A stretch of 64,000 nt of DNA, taken from the NCBI RefSeq assembly GCF_006345805.1, contig NC_043000.1, positions 79,298,001 to 79,362,000 of the forward strand, read 5' to 3'. The notes below the pieces were generated by a model, which saw only the letters and a list, made by a program, of their open reading frames with translations, searched no databases and was not told where the DNA came from. This stretch comes from Octopus sinensis (Eukaryota). Of this stretch, positions 1 to 11,771 are shown piece by piece. Position numbers and translations under genes: made by a program. Every line of letters starts with the position of its first letter. Within the stretch, counting starts at the first letter, position 1.

Positions 1-40
1 ATGTGCATGTGTGCATGTGCATGTATGCATGTACTCACAC

Positions 41-275
41 GTGTGTGTGAGTCTTTGTGTCTGTGTTTCTCCCCCACCACTCCTCGACAACCGGTTGTTA
101 TGTTTATGTCCTTGTAACTTAGTGCTTTGACAAAAGAGACCCAATCAAAGAAGTACTCCGAGGCTTAAAAAAAAAAAATAAGCAGTGGGGTCGATTGTTT
201 CAACTAAAAATTCTTCAAGATGGTGCCCCATCATGGTCACAGTCAAATGACTGAAACAAGTAAAATATATAAGAT
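41..275 (+). mobile_element. tRNA-derived SINE family A, 3' half
   Basis: Matches the 3' half of the full copy at 27577-27985 (gtaacttag...ggggtcgat...gtcaaatgactgaaacaagtaaaa). Confidence 0.8.
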
Positions 276-339
276 AAAGATAATGGTTATGGCTGGAGCA
301 TTTTTGTTCATAAGTCAGCTGGATTAGAATTAATATAGA

Positions 340-640
340 GTTAAATAACATTAAGATGGACAAAGAGGGAATTGCAAGGGTTGCTGTACTGTTGAAGAAG
401 GAGAGGACTAAATGTTTAGACCAGGGTTTTGAGACACTGTAGAGATGCCAAGAAGGAGAGAGATAGTTTGGTACACAACTTGTTAGTTTTGAGAAACAGA
501 AAATGTGGTGGTAGCATTGTAAAAGACAATGAGTAGATACAACAGATCGATTGGCCAAATGTTTGTAATGTATTGGTGAATGGAGGTTTGTCAATAAATT
601 AAATAATCTTTTCAGTGAATGCCATCTAGTGTTTGTATGT
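340..640 (-). mobile_element. Decayed LINE 3' end (CR1/L2/Crack-like RT C-terminus)
   Basis: ORF segment HLANRSVVSTHCLLQCYHHIFCFSKLTSCVP...SFFNSTATL resembles the post-RT tail of CR1/L2-group LINEs. Resemblance judged by eye. Confidence 0.4.
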
Positions 641-755
641 GTCGAATCTGTACTGTGCAAAATATGTCACTTGTCTGTATAAAATACCATAGACCTTTGT
701 GTATACATGTGTATGGTAGCAGCATTAAGGATCACAATTACAATTGATGACTTAC

Positions 756-822
756 CTTTCAGGAAGTAACTCTGCTGGACAAAATCCTGTATATCTGGTG
801 GTAACTTCTGAACAGGGATAGT
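756..822 (-). CDS. Candidate next exon of the unidentified gene
   Basis: Pyrimidine-rich ...caactacAG acceptor, AAAG|GTAAGT donor, 67 bp. TIPVQKLPPDIQDFVQQSYFLK. Phase-0 start fits the 2750 donor. Confidence 0.5.
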
Positions 823-2749
823 CTGTAGTTGAAGGAATTTGAAACCAAATCAGTGAATGATGCAGTTTGTAACATTTGATACATTTTTCAGTGGTGACGG
901 TATTAGTTAGGTTTTGGATAAATAACAAAAGAGATGTTACTCAAGTTATTGAGACTATAATATGTCTATTGCTAACATTCTTACTGTGTCTATTCAGTTT
1001 TGTTGCAATTAGTTGCCATGAGTAGGTGCAATTATAAGCATGGAAAATGGTAAAATCGATCTCTGTAACTGCTAAGATCACAAATGTTAGGTCAGGGTAT
1101 TGACAATTAAATCAATCTCAGTATTTAACTGGCTCTTTAGTTTTACTGAAAATAGAAGGATAAAAAGTGGTGTTGACCTCAGTTGGATTTGAACTCAGAA
1201 CTGTGATAAATACTGCAGTGCATTTGTTTGACACACTACCAGTTCTCCCAATTTATTTCATTAACAAATAATGCTAAGTTCAAATTCTACTGTGGCCAAG
1301 AGAAAATAACAGAAAGCTCCTAGTTCTACTACTGAATCTAAGTCCTAGATTTGATTCTGCTGCTTGCAGTGACTGTTGTTTGCTTTACATTTAATCTATT
1401 CATCCACTATGAAGTGAATATCTTTCTTAGGAATCATAGGGTAGGGGCTTTACAATGTAGTATTCAGTGCACTGTATAACTGACAATTGTAATACTGGGT
1501 CAGTGCCAACATAGTATCTGATGTGAGCAGAACAATCTCTGGCTGCCTAGATCCCAATATTTTGTTGTTAGCATCCTCACACACAGAAGCTGATAGTATA
1601 CACTGATGACTGTAGTGAAAGTTCTGTATTCCAGAGAAATCATTTTTGATGTGTGCGTGCATGTGTGTGTGTGTGTGTGCACGCGCGCGCATGTGTGTGT
1701 GTATGTGTGTGTGTGTGCATGCGTGCGCGTGCGCATGTTACGTATGATGGTATAGAAGGGAAACTACTCTGATATATTCCCATAAACTCTATCTATTTAC
1801 TCCATTGCTCCTATGAACATTTTAGATCAAAATTCAAAAGACTATAGTTTCCTGTCAATGTTCTGTTTAGCAATATCAAGTGACTATGTTCAGTGATGTA
1901 TATTCGGCTTTGTTGCAAATAGTTCCCATGAATAAGTGTAATTGTAAGCGTGGATAAACTGGAAAATAGATTTCTAACATTGCTAAGGTCACAAATGCTA
2001 GATCAGGGTAATGACAAATCAACCTCAGTATTTAACTGCCTCTTTAGTTTACTGAAACTAGAAGGATGAAAAGCTGAGTTGACCTCAGCTCGATTTGAAC
2101 TCAGAACTGTAACTAAATACTGCAGTGCATTTGTTTGACACACTACCATTTCTTCTGATTCTGTTGCATGTAATGACTGTTTCACATTAAATCTATCCAC
2201 CCATCACAAAGTGAATATCTTTCTTAAAAATCATAAAGTGAGGGCTTTACAACCTGGTATTAGCTGCACTGTATAGTGAGTTGACAATTTCAATACAGGA
2301 ACAGTACCATCTCAGTAGTATCTGATGTGAGCAGAGCAATCGCTCAGAATTGTAAGTTTGAACCTTGAAACATGCTGCTTACAAAAAATGTAAGATGTTC
2401 CAGGGTGTAGTAGTAAAAACAAGCTATACATGAAACTGTCAGTAAACTTTAGTTTATCAAGAAGTATTAAACTAATCATTATAAAAATTAATTTTTATGA
2501 AATATTTTCAGAAAAAGCTTTTAGTTTTAGTTAAGTATTTCATATTAAAGCAGTTCTTAGTCATCAGAAATGTGAAATAAGTCACAAATTTTTATGTGTG
2601 TGACATCTGTTTGTCTAAGAGTTGTCAACTATTACTTTTGAGAGTGTAATGTCAGTTACATTCAAATTGTCTGATATTTGTTATTATTAAACTAAACAAT
2701 GTGAGATAAGAAGAAAAATGATTGTAGTGAAGAAAATAACTAAACTTAC

Positions 2750-2826
2750 CACTGTTTGGATAAATTCTGTTGTAAGAAGTAAGTAAATTTTGACCACTAG
2801 TTGTAACATATTTTTCTCCAAAAATT
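2750..2826 (-). CDS. Candidate exon of an unidentified second gene (putative ATG at 2809)
   Basis: ttttacAG acceptor, GTG|GTAAGT donor. ATG to donor is exactly 20 codons, MLQLVVKIYLLLTTEFIQTV (hydrophobic), ending in phase 0. Confidence 0.5.
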
Positions 2827-3845
2827 CTGTAAAATATCCCTCACTACACTTTTAACAATTTGAAAGCTCTGAAGAGGATGGATATATTAACTGTGGAATA
2901 TTAGTAATGTTAACTTTGCTATTAACATATATCTCAGTGAGAATGTTTGTAAAAACCTATTTATATTATTGAAGAATTGAGAAACGAAAACCTTCATATA
3001 CTTGAAATGTAAGCGGAAGTGACACAATTTTCAAGATTATTTATTAGTATTATGACAAGTAAAAATGTCTTGTTTGTTTGGTTCTTTCTTTTTTAATATT
3101 CTCTCATAAAAATCTGTGGACTCATTTACTTGTCATCCATATATCATATCTATTCATTGTCTCTGTCAACACATCATCCACTCTGATATGTAATTTTCAA
3201 TTATTGACTTAACTGCCTCTCTCAGTAGGAACCATTTTACTTATTTTATAATTAAAAAACAGGAATAACATCCCTTCTTTCAATTGTTTTTAGTTTTACT
3301 TACACTAAGTTTGTAAAATTTGTGAAACTTTTTTACTTTTTATAAAATAAAATTGAGTTATAGTATTGACGATGGGATAAAAATGTCATAATGTTTGGAA
3401 AACAGGAGGTTGATTTAAGAATATGCCCAAGAAAGAGAAAATTGGATAGTCTTCTTTTGATGAGATTTTAGCAATAATATTTTCAGGTGACAATATTTTT
3501 CTGTGTCACCAATGAGAGGTTATGATCAAAGATATTTTGTCTATGGCCATTCTGTCTCTTTTATTCAGGTATTATGTACCCTGAAAACACAGATGCAAAG
3601 ATTCACACACACACACACACATATTATCAATGTATCACATATCTGGAAAAGTAGCACACTCTAAAGCATAGAGTAGTAACATATTTATACACAGTTATGT
3701 ATATGTCTGGTCATAGAATGACCAACGGTTTTGTGTCCACAAAGGGCTTAGTTGTCCATGGGCTAAGCTCTTTATGGAAGCAAGACCACTGGTCACTCTA
3801 TGACTGGACATATACTTAACAGCATATATATATATATATATACAA

Positions 3846-4003
3846 AGGGCTTCTTTCAGTTTCCATCTACCAAGTCCACTCACAAGACTTTGGTCAGCCT
3901 GAGGCTATGGAAGAAGACACTTGTCTAAGGTGCCATGCAGTGGGACTAAACTTGGAACCATGTGGTTGGGAAGCAAGCTTCTTACCACACACCTATGCCT
4001 GTA
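3846..4003 (-). mobile_element. SINE family A, 5' half
   Basis: Reverse complement of the tRNA-like head and the cttgggcaagtgtctt core of the family. Confidence 0.8.
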
Positions 4004-5360
4004 CCTAAGTATTACAGAAGAATAAGTTATATCCTTAAAATGGATCTGAACTCACAAAACCGATTTAATGCAGCAAATAGTCTAGCTAAACCTGAACTCT
4101 CTAGAACACCAAAAGAATTATGTGAAAACCAGAAAAATCCTCACATTGCACAAAGGTACCTTAAATCTAATTTTACTTAAAATGTCTTTTAAAACAACTG
4201 CCATCAGTTTTTGAAGTATTGATACTACAACTGACAGGATGATGGCCTTGATTTAAAACCATGAAAATAAAAAAATCTAAGTCCCCTGTTACAAAAGAAG
4301 CCAAAAAAAACTATAAATTCAGAAAATATAGACCTTAAGACAAAAGATACTTTACCAACTCAAGCTACAAAAATAATCAAATGAAAGACAAAAGAGAAGG
4401 AATTAGAATAAGTAAAACAATACCTGCCAAAATATGTTCTTACACAGCCAAAATGTAACATGCACTGATGAAGCTGGTTGCAAAATGCCAGGTTAAAAGC
4501 CGAAACTGAAGGTTTATCATTGCAGCTCATGGTCAATATTCATAACCCACAGTTACTGGACAAAGATTCTTAGGAATGGAACAGACTCAAAGCATAGGCT
4601 ATGTAACACCCAGGTAGAAACAACTGACTACTTTGTCTCAGGATGTTCTTTAACTCTCTAGCATTTAAACCATCCATATCCAGCTGAAATATTCTACCTG
4701 TTTTATGTTTAAACTGGCCGGATCTGGTTTCTCATGCCAGCCCTACACTATCATTCTAAAAATTAACAGTTACCTCATCAAAATCTCAAAGCTGCAATAT
4801 AATGCATAATTAATTCAAAATGATGTAAATAAATAAGCATTAATTTTGACAGAATAATGTGAATGTTAAAGGGTTAATGGCTGCCAAATAGTATAAAAAC
4901 TAATATGATCAAAAAGGGCAACATATTTATTGGAAAATCTGCAAGAACAATGTGAAAGAAAGGATTAAAAACTGGTTTGAACATCTTCCCAAATTAGTAG
5001 CTGAGATTGGTCCCATCACTAATCTCATACCAATAGAACTATCTTGGAAAATCACTCTAATATAACAGTAAAAAAATCATATTGATAAAACTTGTTTCCT
5101 AACTGATATGGCTGTTCCCACAGACAACAATATTACAGTTAAAGAACTCAACGATTTAGATATAGAGATCAGCAAAATGTGGGAAATGAAAACGGCTACA
5201 ACACTTGTTAACATAGAAGCACTCAGAAGAAAGAAACAGAAAAATTCTGTAGACTTGATACAAAGAAAAAACATTCATAAAAGAAATACAGAAAATAATG
5301 CTAATGGACATTGCTCACATTTTATGACATTGCTAAATTTCATAATTTTTTAGAAGCTTT
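4004..5360 (+). mobile_element. Decayed R4/Dong-like (RLE-endonuclease) LINE, split by a MITE
   Basis: Fragments YYRRISYILKMDLNSQNRFNAANSLA, LKAETEG, QHIYWKICK...WFEHLPK and FLTDMAVPTDNNITVKE...DIEISKMWEMKT occur in the expected RT-to-RLE order. Many stops and frameshifts. Confidence 0.7.
4654..4873. mobile_element. TTAA-flanked piggyBac-like MITE
   Basis: TTAA at 4650-4653 and 4874-4877; imperfect TIRs ctctctagcatt / aatgttaaaggg. A related copy lies near 46172-46332. Confidence 0.65.
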
Positions 5361-5554
5361 AGTGAGCACTCATATGTAGACATGCATTTCAAAAATTTAT
5401 CCAATTCTCAACATGATATAATCACCCAATATTCTAAGAACATTATATCAGTTATCTATTTCAGATACTAAAGTGGCACCTTGTAGATAAAGTGTAAATA
5501 CAGCAGATATCAAGGAAAATTGTTCATTATAATAGTAATAATAATAATCCTTTT

Positions 5555-6185
5555 TACAGAAGACACAAGGCCTGAAATTTTGGGGGAGGGGACTAGTCAA
5601 TCATGTCAACCCTAGTGTTTCACTGGTACTCAGTTTATCGGCCCTGAAAAGATGAAAGGCAACGTTGACCTTGGCAGAATTTGAACTCAGAATGTAAAGA
5701 CAGATTTTACTTGGTGTGCTAATGATTCTCACCAGCTCGCCGCCTTTGATCTCAAATTTTGGCACAAGGCCAACAATTTCAGGGGAGGGGGTAAGTCAAT
5801 TACATCAACCTCGGTCCTCAACTGATACTTATTTTATCAAACCCAAAGGGATGAAACAAAGTTAATCTTGCCAGAATAAAGACAGATAAAATGCCGCTGA
5901 GCGTTTTGTCCAGTATGCTAATGATTCTGCCAGCTCACTACCTTAATAATGATAGTAATAATGATAATTGTCCTTTTTACTAAAGACACAAGGCCTGGAA
6001 TTTGGGGAAGGGGACTGGTTGATTACAAAGACCCCAGTGTTTGACTGATACTTAATTTATCAACCCAGAAAGGATGAAAGGCAAAGTTGACCTCAGCAGA
6101 ATTTGAACTCAAAATGTAATGATGGGCGAAATACTGCTAAACATCTTGCCCAGTGTGCTAAGGATTCTGCCAGCCCACTACCTTC
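5555..6185 (-). mobile_element. Three adjacent copies of tRNA-derived SINE family B
   Basis: Repeated ggcacaaggcctgaaatt...gatgaaaggcaaagttgacc...atttgaactcagaa...gctaatgattctgccagctc blocks separated by AAT tracts. Confidence 0.8.
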
Positions 6186-6317
6186 AATAAAAATAATAAT
6201 AATGATTATAATTTAGTTTGACAAGGTACACAGCTCAATATTTTTATAAAGGAGAAATGGGGTGTATGAAACATTTACTTTCTCTTCCCCTGGTCTCATA
6301 AAGTGAATCCATGATTA

Positions 6318-6657
6318 ACTATTGTGGCACTCCATCGGTTACGACGACGAGGGTTCCAGTTGATCCAATCAATGGAACAGCCTGCTCATGAAATTAACAT
6401 AGTTCTTGAGGAGATTCATGAAATTAACATAGTTCTTGGGGAGATTCAGCATGACACAGTGTGTGACAAGACTGGCCCTTTGAAATACAGGTACAACAGA
6501 AACAAGAAGAAAGAATGAGAGAAAGTTGTGGTGAAAGAGTACAGCAGGGTTCACCATAACCCCCTGCTGGAGCCTCTTGGAGCTTTAGGTGTTTTCGCTC
6601 AATAAACACTCATAATGCCTGGTCTGAGAATCAAAATAGCGGTCCTATGACCACGAT
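6318..6657 (-). mobile_element. tRNA-derived SINE family C with a 30-bp internal tandem duplication (6387-6446)
   Basis: Reverse complement shares the head and body with 24010-24310. Confidence 0.75.
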
Positions 6658-7059
6658 TAACAATATTTCAGCTGTGTTTACCCCATATTTTATTTTTAGT
6701 GCAGGCATATCAAAAACTACATAATCCCACAGTCTTTTTTAGTAGGATATGATTTGGCTGCTATCTCTTAGCAGGTCAAGTGACTGCCAAATATTTCCCT
6801 TGACTCCTTTACATGAGAATGAGAGCATAGCACAAAATGAACTATAACTGTTATATATATTTTTCAACTAAAAGATAAATACAATGTCCATATGTAACCT
6901 GATTTGAACTCAACTTACTGAGGCTATGTCTAGACCCAATACCTCTTCTGCAGTGGCCTATCTTTTGTGTGCTTTGAAATTTGTCAAGTATAAAGTCCTC
7001 ACCTAGATCAATAATTTTCAGTTAAACATATGGAAGTTAAGACTGTTTATTTATTGCAT

Positions 7060-7633
7060 CACCAGTCTGGAACCCCTATCTTGCCCAGGATATTAATCGT
7101 CTGGAAGCCATTCAGCGATGTGCAACCAAGAGAATACCCTCCATCAGGCATTTGCCATATTCTGAACGCCTTACTTCTCTGGGCATGGACACATTGAAAC
7201 TCCGACATCTGGCAGCTGACTTGGTAGACACCCATAAAATTATTAATCATCTTACAAACAATAACTCTGAGCACCTTTTCAGACTCCACCTGTCTAACAC
7301 CTGTGGACATGTTTACAAAGTCAGAAAACAGCACAGCTCCCATGACTTTCGGAAACATTTTTTCCCGCTAAGAGTTGCTGAAGCATGGAACAGACTGCCA
7401 GCATCAGTTGCTAGTTGTCGGAGCACTGCATCCTTCAAAACTTCCTTGCTTCCTGATATTTTCCAACACTACACCTGATTTTCCCCCCTCCATATACACA
7501 CAAGCATGTATCTGACTCATACACTGTTCGCTTTCCAGACATTTGTACATTACTGCATATACTTTATACGCACTTTTGATAAGTTGTGGTGCACCTGAGC
7601 ACTGTATACAATAATTTCATTATTATTATTATT
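7060..7633 (+). mobile_element. CR1-clade LINE, 3' fragment
   Basis: Homologous to the end of the 43202-45238 ORF (PYSERL...HDFRKHFF.LRVAEAWN.LP). Same 3' end gtgcacctgagcactgta followed by (TTA)n. Confidence 0.9.
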
Positions 7634-8148
7634 GAGTGAGAGAGCAGTTCATGCCATCAAAGTGACACTGGGGTAAAATATACGAAGCCCAATATACCCA
7701 TCATGACTACCCGTCTGATAAAGGTACACCAGGCACATGCATCACAACCATATGTGCGCGACATGGTGATCTCATATCAAGATAAACAGCACATGACCTT
7801 GCAGGTGGGGCCCAGTTAGAATTTTCTTCAGGTTGAGTAGCCCATCCCGCTCAAACGGTCCCTGAATAAGGGTTGTTTAAGGATGTTGAAAGAACCACCC
7901 ATGTTTCCAGAGGTGAACTATTCAAACCCCAAAGAATCCCTCTCAACACATGGCTATGATGCTCCCCCACTACTTCTGCTCATGATCAGAGATGCACATA
8001 TCGTCAGCCACTAAGGGACATGCTCAACTGGTTAAGGTCAAACAACTGACAAGCAAATCTGTGGTATTGAGCAGAATATTTGCTGTAGCCCATCTTTTAT
8101 ACCAAGACAAAACAATGTACATGATAACACTTCCAATCAGTTAAGATC

Positions 8149-8150
<2 letters not shown>
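7634..8150 (-). mobile_element. Probable retroposon or LINE 3' UTR ending in an (AAT)n tail
   Basis: GC-richer island flanked by (TTA)n on both sides. Minus strand ends ctgctctctcactc-aataataat. Single copy in window. Confidence 0.45.
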
Positions 8151-8187
<37 letters not shown>

Positions 8188-9756
8188 TTTATAGTTCCAT
8201 TACCAGTTAATAACTGATATTTTTAGTATGTTGTGAGACAAAAGCCAAAAAGCAAAGAAAAATAAAAATAAAAGGGAAAAGATAGACATGCATGATAGTT
8301 CCAGAAAGGGAGACACAACATGGTTACTTGACCTGGTAGAAATAGCAGTCAAATTTCATACCACTAACTGAAATAAAGGATAGATTGGACTATGTAGTTG
8401 ATGATATAGAAAAAGACTAGGCTGGAATGGCTTTAGGATTTAACAGCATCACCATCTATACTGATATTCCAACATAGAGATCTCTCATTCTCAAATCTGC
8501 TCAATCAGAGCTGCCTCAGCGTTAAATATCATTATTCATCACCCTAACTAGTGATAGCCATGATCAAATGTTTCTCAAGTGTTGTAACCCTGTTTAAGAC
8601 TTCAGGCTAACAACCATGGAAGAAACTAACAGAGAAATTCTTGGATTTTAAAGAAGTGAATCAAGAAACAAGCAGTCCACCCACCTGTTACCTAGTTGTT
8701 CTGACCTTCTGAAGATTAACAACACCAGTCTCACCTGTATGTAAGACAGCCCTTCATATGTCATGGATACTGATTTTTATTGAAAATATTCTATATAGAA
8801 AAAATGGTTATTGAAGGACAAAGCACGTGCTCTTATTGCATCTACATTTATGTTTAGATGTTACATTTGTATGTAAAGCTTGTCAAACAACTGTAGCTGA
8901 ATCATAAATCATCTAAATATATATTGATTTCTGCTTATGTCAAGAAGACTTTACAAAATATTGTATAAAAAAAAAAACAAGAACAAATTGGGTTTTAGTG
9001 AACTAGTATTAATAACATGTGTGGTGGGGAGATGATGGTGTATGCATATACAGTGGTGTGTGGTGTAGTGTGCAGGTGGGTGTATTTGTGTGTGTGTGTG
9101 TGTGTGAAATGCATGTAAGAATGTATGTTGTATGAAAGACATCCAAATGTTTAAGAAGTTAGGAAGATTTCTTCACATTACCGAAGTCTCATTGCATGTG
9201 AAGCAAATTATTTCTTGTATTCTTTGCCAGGAATTGAGACCTTAGTCTACAGTTATCTATATATTCCTTTCATTTGTTCTTGACATCTGCACTAAGAAAT
9301 TTATGATAGTCAACTGTCATACTAAAACAAGTCTTATTGTTTTCCTGAGCATCATTAGTTTAAATTCAATTCATCTCAGGTAGATGTATTAACCTTGTTT
9401 TGTTTTTTTTTTCCAACCTACTTCTAATTTTTCATGTGTATAAATACAAAACATTAAATAGAATTCTTCCTCCTTCACTCGGCACCTTGGCTGAAGGAGT
9501 ACATCTCTCTTTCACCTGGTGATTTGCTGAAGAAACACCTTTCTCTCTTTCGTTCAGTTCCTTTGCCAAAGAAACATCTCTCTCCTCATGGTATGCGAAT
9601 GAGAGACCATATAGCTTTCACTATCTCTACTCATCAATCCATTGAGGTAAATTCTCTTACTCTTTCTTTCTCCATCTTCCTTCCATCTCCTGACAGTCAC
9701 CAACAGATCTAAAAACTACCTATGAAACGGACAACAGAAATTCTTTCTTATATTTT

Positions 9757-10084
9757 TTACTTGTTTCAGTAATTATTTTTTAAGCTTGGTATCTATCAGT
9801 CACTTTTACTGAACTGCTAAGTTACAGGAACATAAACACACTATCACAAGTTGTCCAGCAGTGATAGGGGACAAACACAAACACAAAGGCACATACATAG
9901 ATATAGAGACACACATACACCATGGGTGTCTTTCAGTTTCCATCAACCAAATCCAATCACAAGGCTTTGGTTGGCCTGAGGCTATAGTAGAAGACACTTG
10001 CCAAAGGTGCTGCCCAGTGGGATTGAACCCGGAACCATGTATTTGGGAAGTAAGCTTCTTACAACACAGTCACACCTGTGCCCA
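9757..10084 (-). mobile_element. SINE family A, near full length
   Basis: Collinear with the reverse complement of 27577-27985. Confidence 0.8.
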
Positions 10085-10644
10085 CTAAAGTTATTGTATA
10101 AATGACAACTCGGAGCAGATGTTTTTAAACTATAACAGTAAAATAAAGGGCATTTCAACTATTATTTTCTTCTGTCATTTATTCAAAGCACTTTGAAAAT
10201 AACCAAAACATCCATTACATCCTTGGTGACCTAATATCTATTATACATCCGACCAATCATTACACTTGGTGACAAGCAGCTTTTTCATCTTACCACCTGT
10301 TGCATTTGATTACTCTGAACATTAGATAAACCCAGCTGCTCATTAATTTTACTTACAGTGCAGTTTTTTTTTGAGCCAGTATTGCTCTCTTTTAAACAGC
10401 CAATTGAGATTGTGATAAGTTTTTGACCATGGGATGTAAGAGACACAATCCATTTCTGAAAGTTATTCTGCAAAGAGTTACCTCCCTTGTTCCTATAACC
10501 CAAGAAAGAGTTATGTAAAAAAAATTTTAAGGGTCTCAAACAATCTCTGGAACATAAGTTATGTATGTTCCCTGTTTCAAGAAAATCATTTGTAAGCTTC
10601 AGAAGTTACGTGGGTTTCCACGGACACACACACAACGTCACTTT

Positions 10645-10687
<43 letters not shown>

Positions 10688-10693
<6 letters not shown>

Positions 10694-10810
10694 TATATAG
10701 AAGGAGCTTCTACAGGACTAGAACTGTTTCATTCAAGAGAAATCTTCAGGAAGCATTTCTCTTGAATGAAACAGTTCTAGTCCTGTAGAAGCTCCTTCTA
10801 TATAATAAAT
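10688..10810. repeat. Fold-back palindrome 1 (~56-bp arms)
   Basis: atttattatatagaagg...ttcaagagaaat / atttctcttgaa...ctatataataaat are exact reverse complements around cttcaggaagc. Confidence 0.95.
10706..10754 (-). ncRNA. Type I hammerhead ribozyme, intact core
   Basis: GCTTC-CTGAAGA-TTTC tctt GAAT-GAAACAG ttctagtc CTGTA|GAAGC. Helix I 5 bp, helix II 3 bp plus U.U, helix III 4 bp. Predicted GUA cleavage between 10711 and 10710. Confidence 0.8.
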
Positions 10811-10876
10811 TAATTTTACTCTGCTATGTATTGAGTACCTTATTTACTGTGGTTAACCCCGAATCAACCCGGGACC

Positions 10877-10914
<38 letters not shown>

Positions 10915-10958
10915 CAATAATAAATCTCTGAACGTGGTATAAACAGTAACTGCACGAC

Positions 10959-11165
10959 AATGTGAGGTATGTTTGCCATCTCAATATGGCTAACCACTAA
11001 GGGTGGGTGTTACTGTAGCTTATGGCCCCAGGAGAACATCGTCTCCAGCTGGCTAGAAAGTGTACCTAAAGCCAGCTGGAGACGATGTTCTCCTGGGGTT
11101 ACAAGCTACAGTAACACCCACCCTTAGTGGTTAGCCATATTGAGATGGCAAACATACCTCACATT
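10959..11165. repeat. Fold-back palindrome 2 (~96-bp arms, 15-nt loop)
   Basis: 10959-11054 versus 11070-11165, only a few differences. Confidence 0.95.
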
Positions 11166-11282
11166 ATATATATATATAATTTTAAAATAGGATAAAATAT
11201 TTATAAGAATTTATCAAGTAGTCAGAGTGAAAAACCTCATAAGGGAAAAATTATTAATTATTCCCTTTAAATATATTTATTT

Positions 11283-11509
11283 ATATTAAGGACATTACTA
11301 TACATAAATGCTTCGTGCTAGGGGGTACTCTTAAAGTCAAAACTACCATAATAAACACATTTTACAGAACGTGAAAGAATGCAAATATTGGTGCTTGCTT
11401 CGAGAGATGCATTCCATTGTATTTGGTAAAGATGTGTTTATTATGGTAGTTTTGACTTTAAGAGTCCCTCATAGCATGAGGCATTTATGTATAGTAATGT
11501 CCTTAATAT
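11283..11509. repeat. Fold-back palindrome 3 (~83-bp arms, 60-nt spacer)
   Basis: atattaaggacattactatac...aaacacattttac versus gtaaagatgtgttt...gtccttaatat. Confidence 0.9.
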
Positions 11510-11510
11510 G

Positions 11511-11566
<56 letters not shown>

Positions 11567-11584
11567 ATATATATATATATGTAT

Positions 11585-11626
11585 AATCAAAATAAGCAGC
11601 AAGGATCCTTGTTGCTTGTTTTGATT
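11585..11626. repeat. Fold-back palindrome 4 (20-bp arms)
   Basis: aatcaaaataagcagcaagg-at-ccttgttgcttgttttgatt. The left arm also starts the PLE terminal segment at ~20868. Confidence 0.85.
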
Positions 11627-11771
11627 TTAATCACCTTATTTTGAAATTGTATGGATAATACCATACTAAATTCTGGTGCCTCAACTTAAGTACCATATTC
11701 ATCTGAATCTATCTATATGTATATGTAGATATACATATGTGTGTGTGTGTATATATGTATGTGTATATGTA

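Noticed and set aside
145-660. 171-aa ORF as a host gene
   Set aside because: Spans a SINE and a LINE remnant; no coherent domain.
9480-9712. Purine/pyrimidine-skewed segment with an acceptor-like end
   Set aside because: Stops in candidate frames; possibly a LINE relic but unclassifiable.
10561-10788. Many ORFs rich in IYIY, THTH or CVCV (e.g. 10561, 12796, 23871, 24523, 39235, 48814)
   Set aside because: Translations of (TA)n/(CA)n microsatellites and SINE text, not genes.
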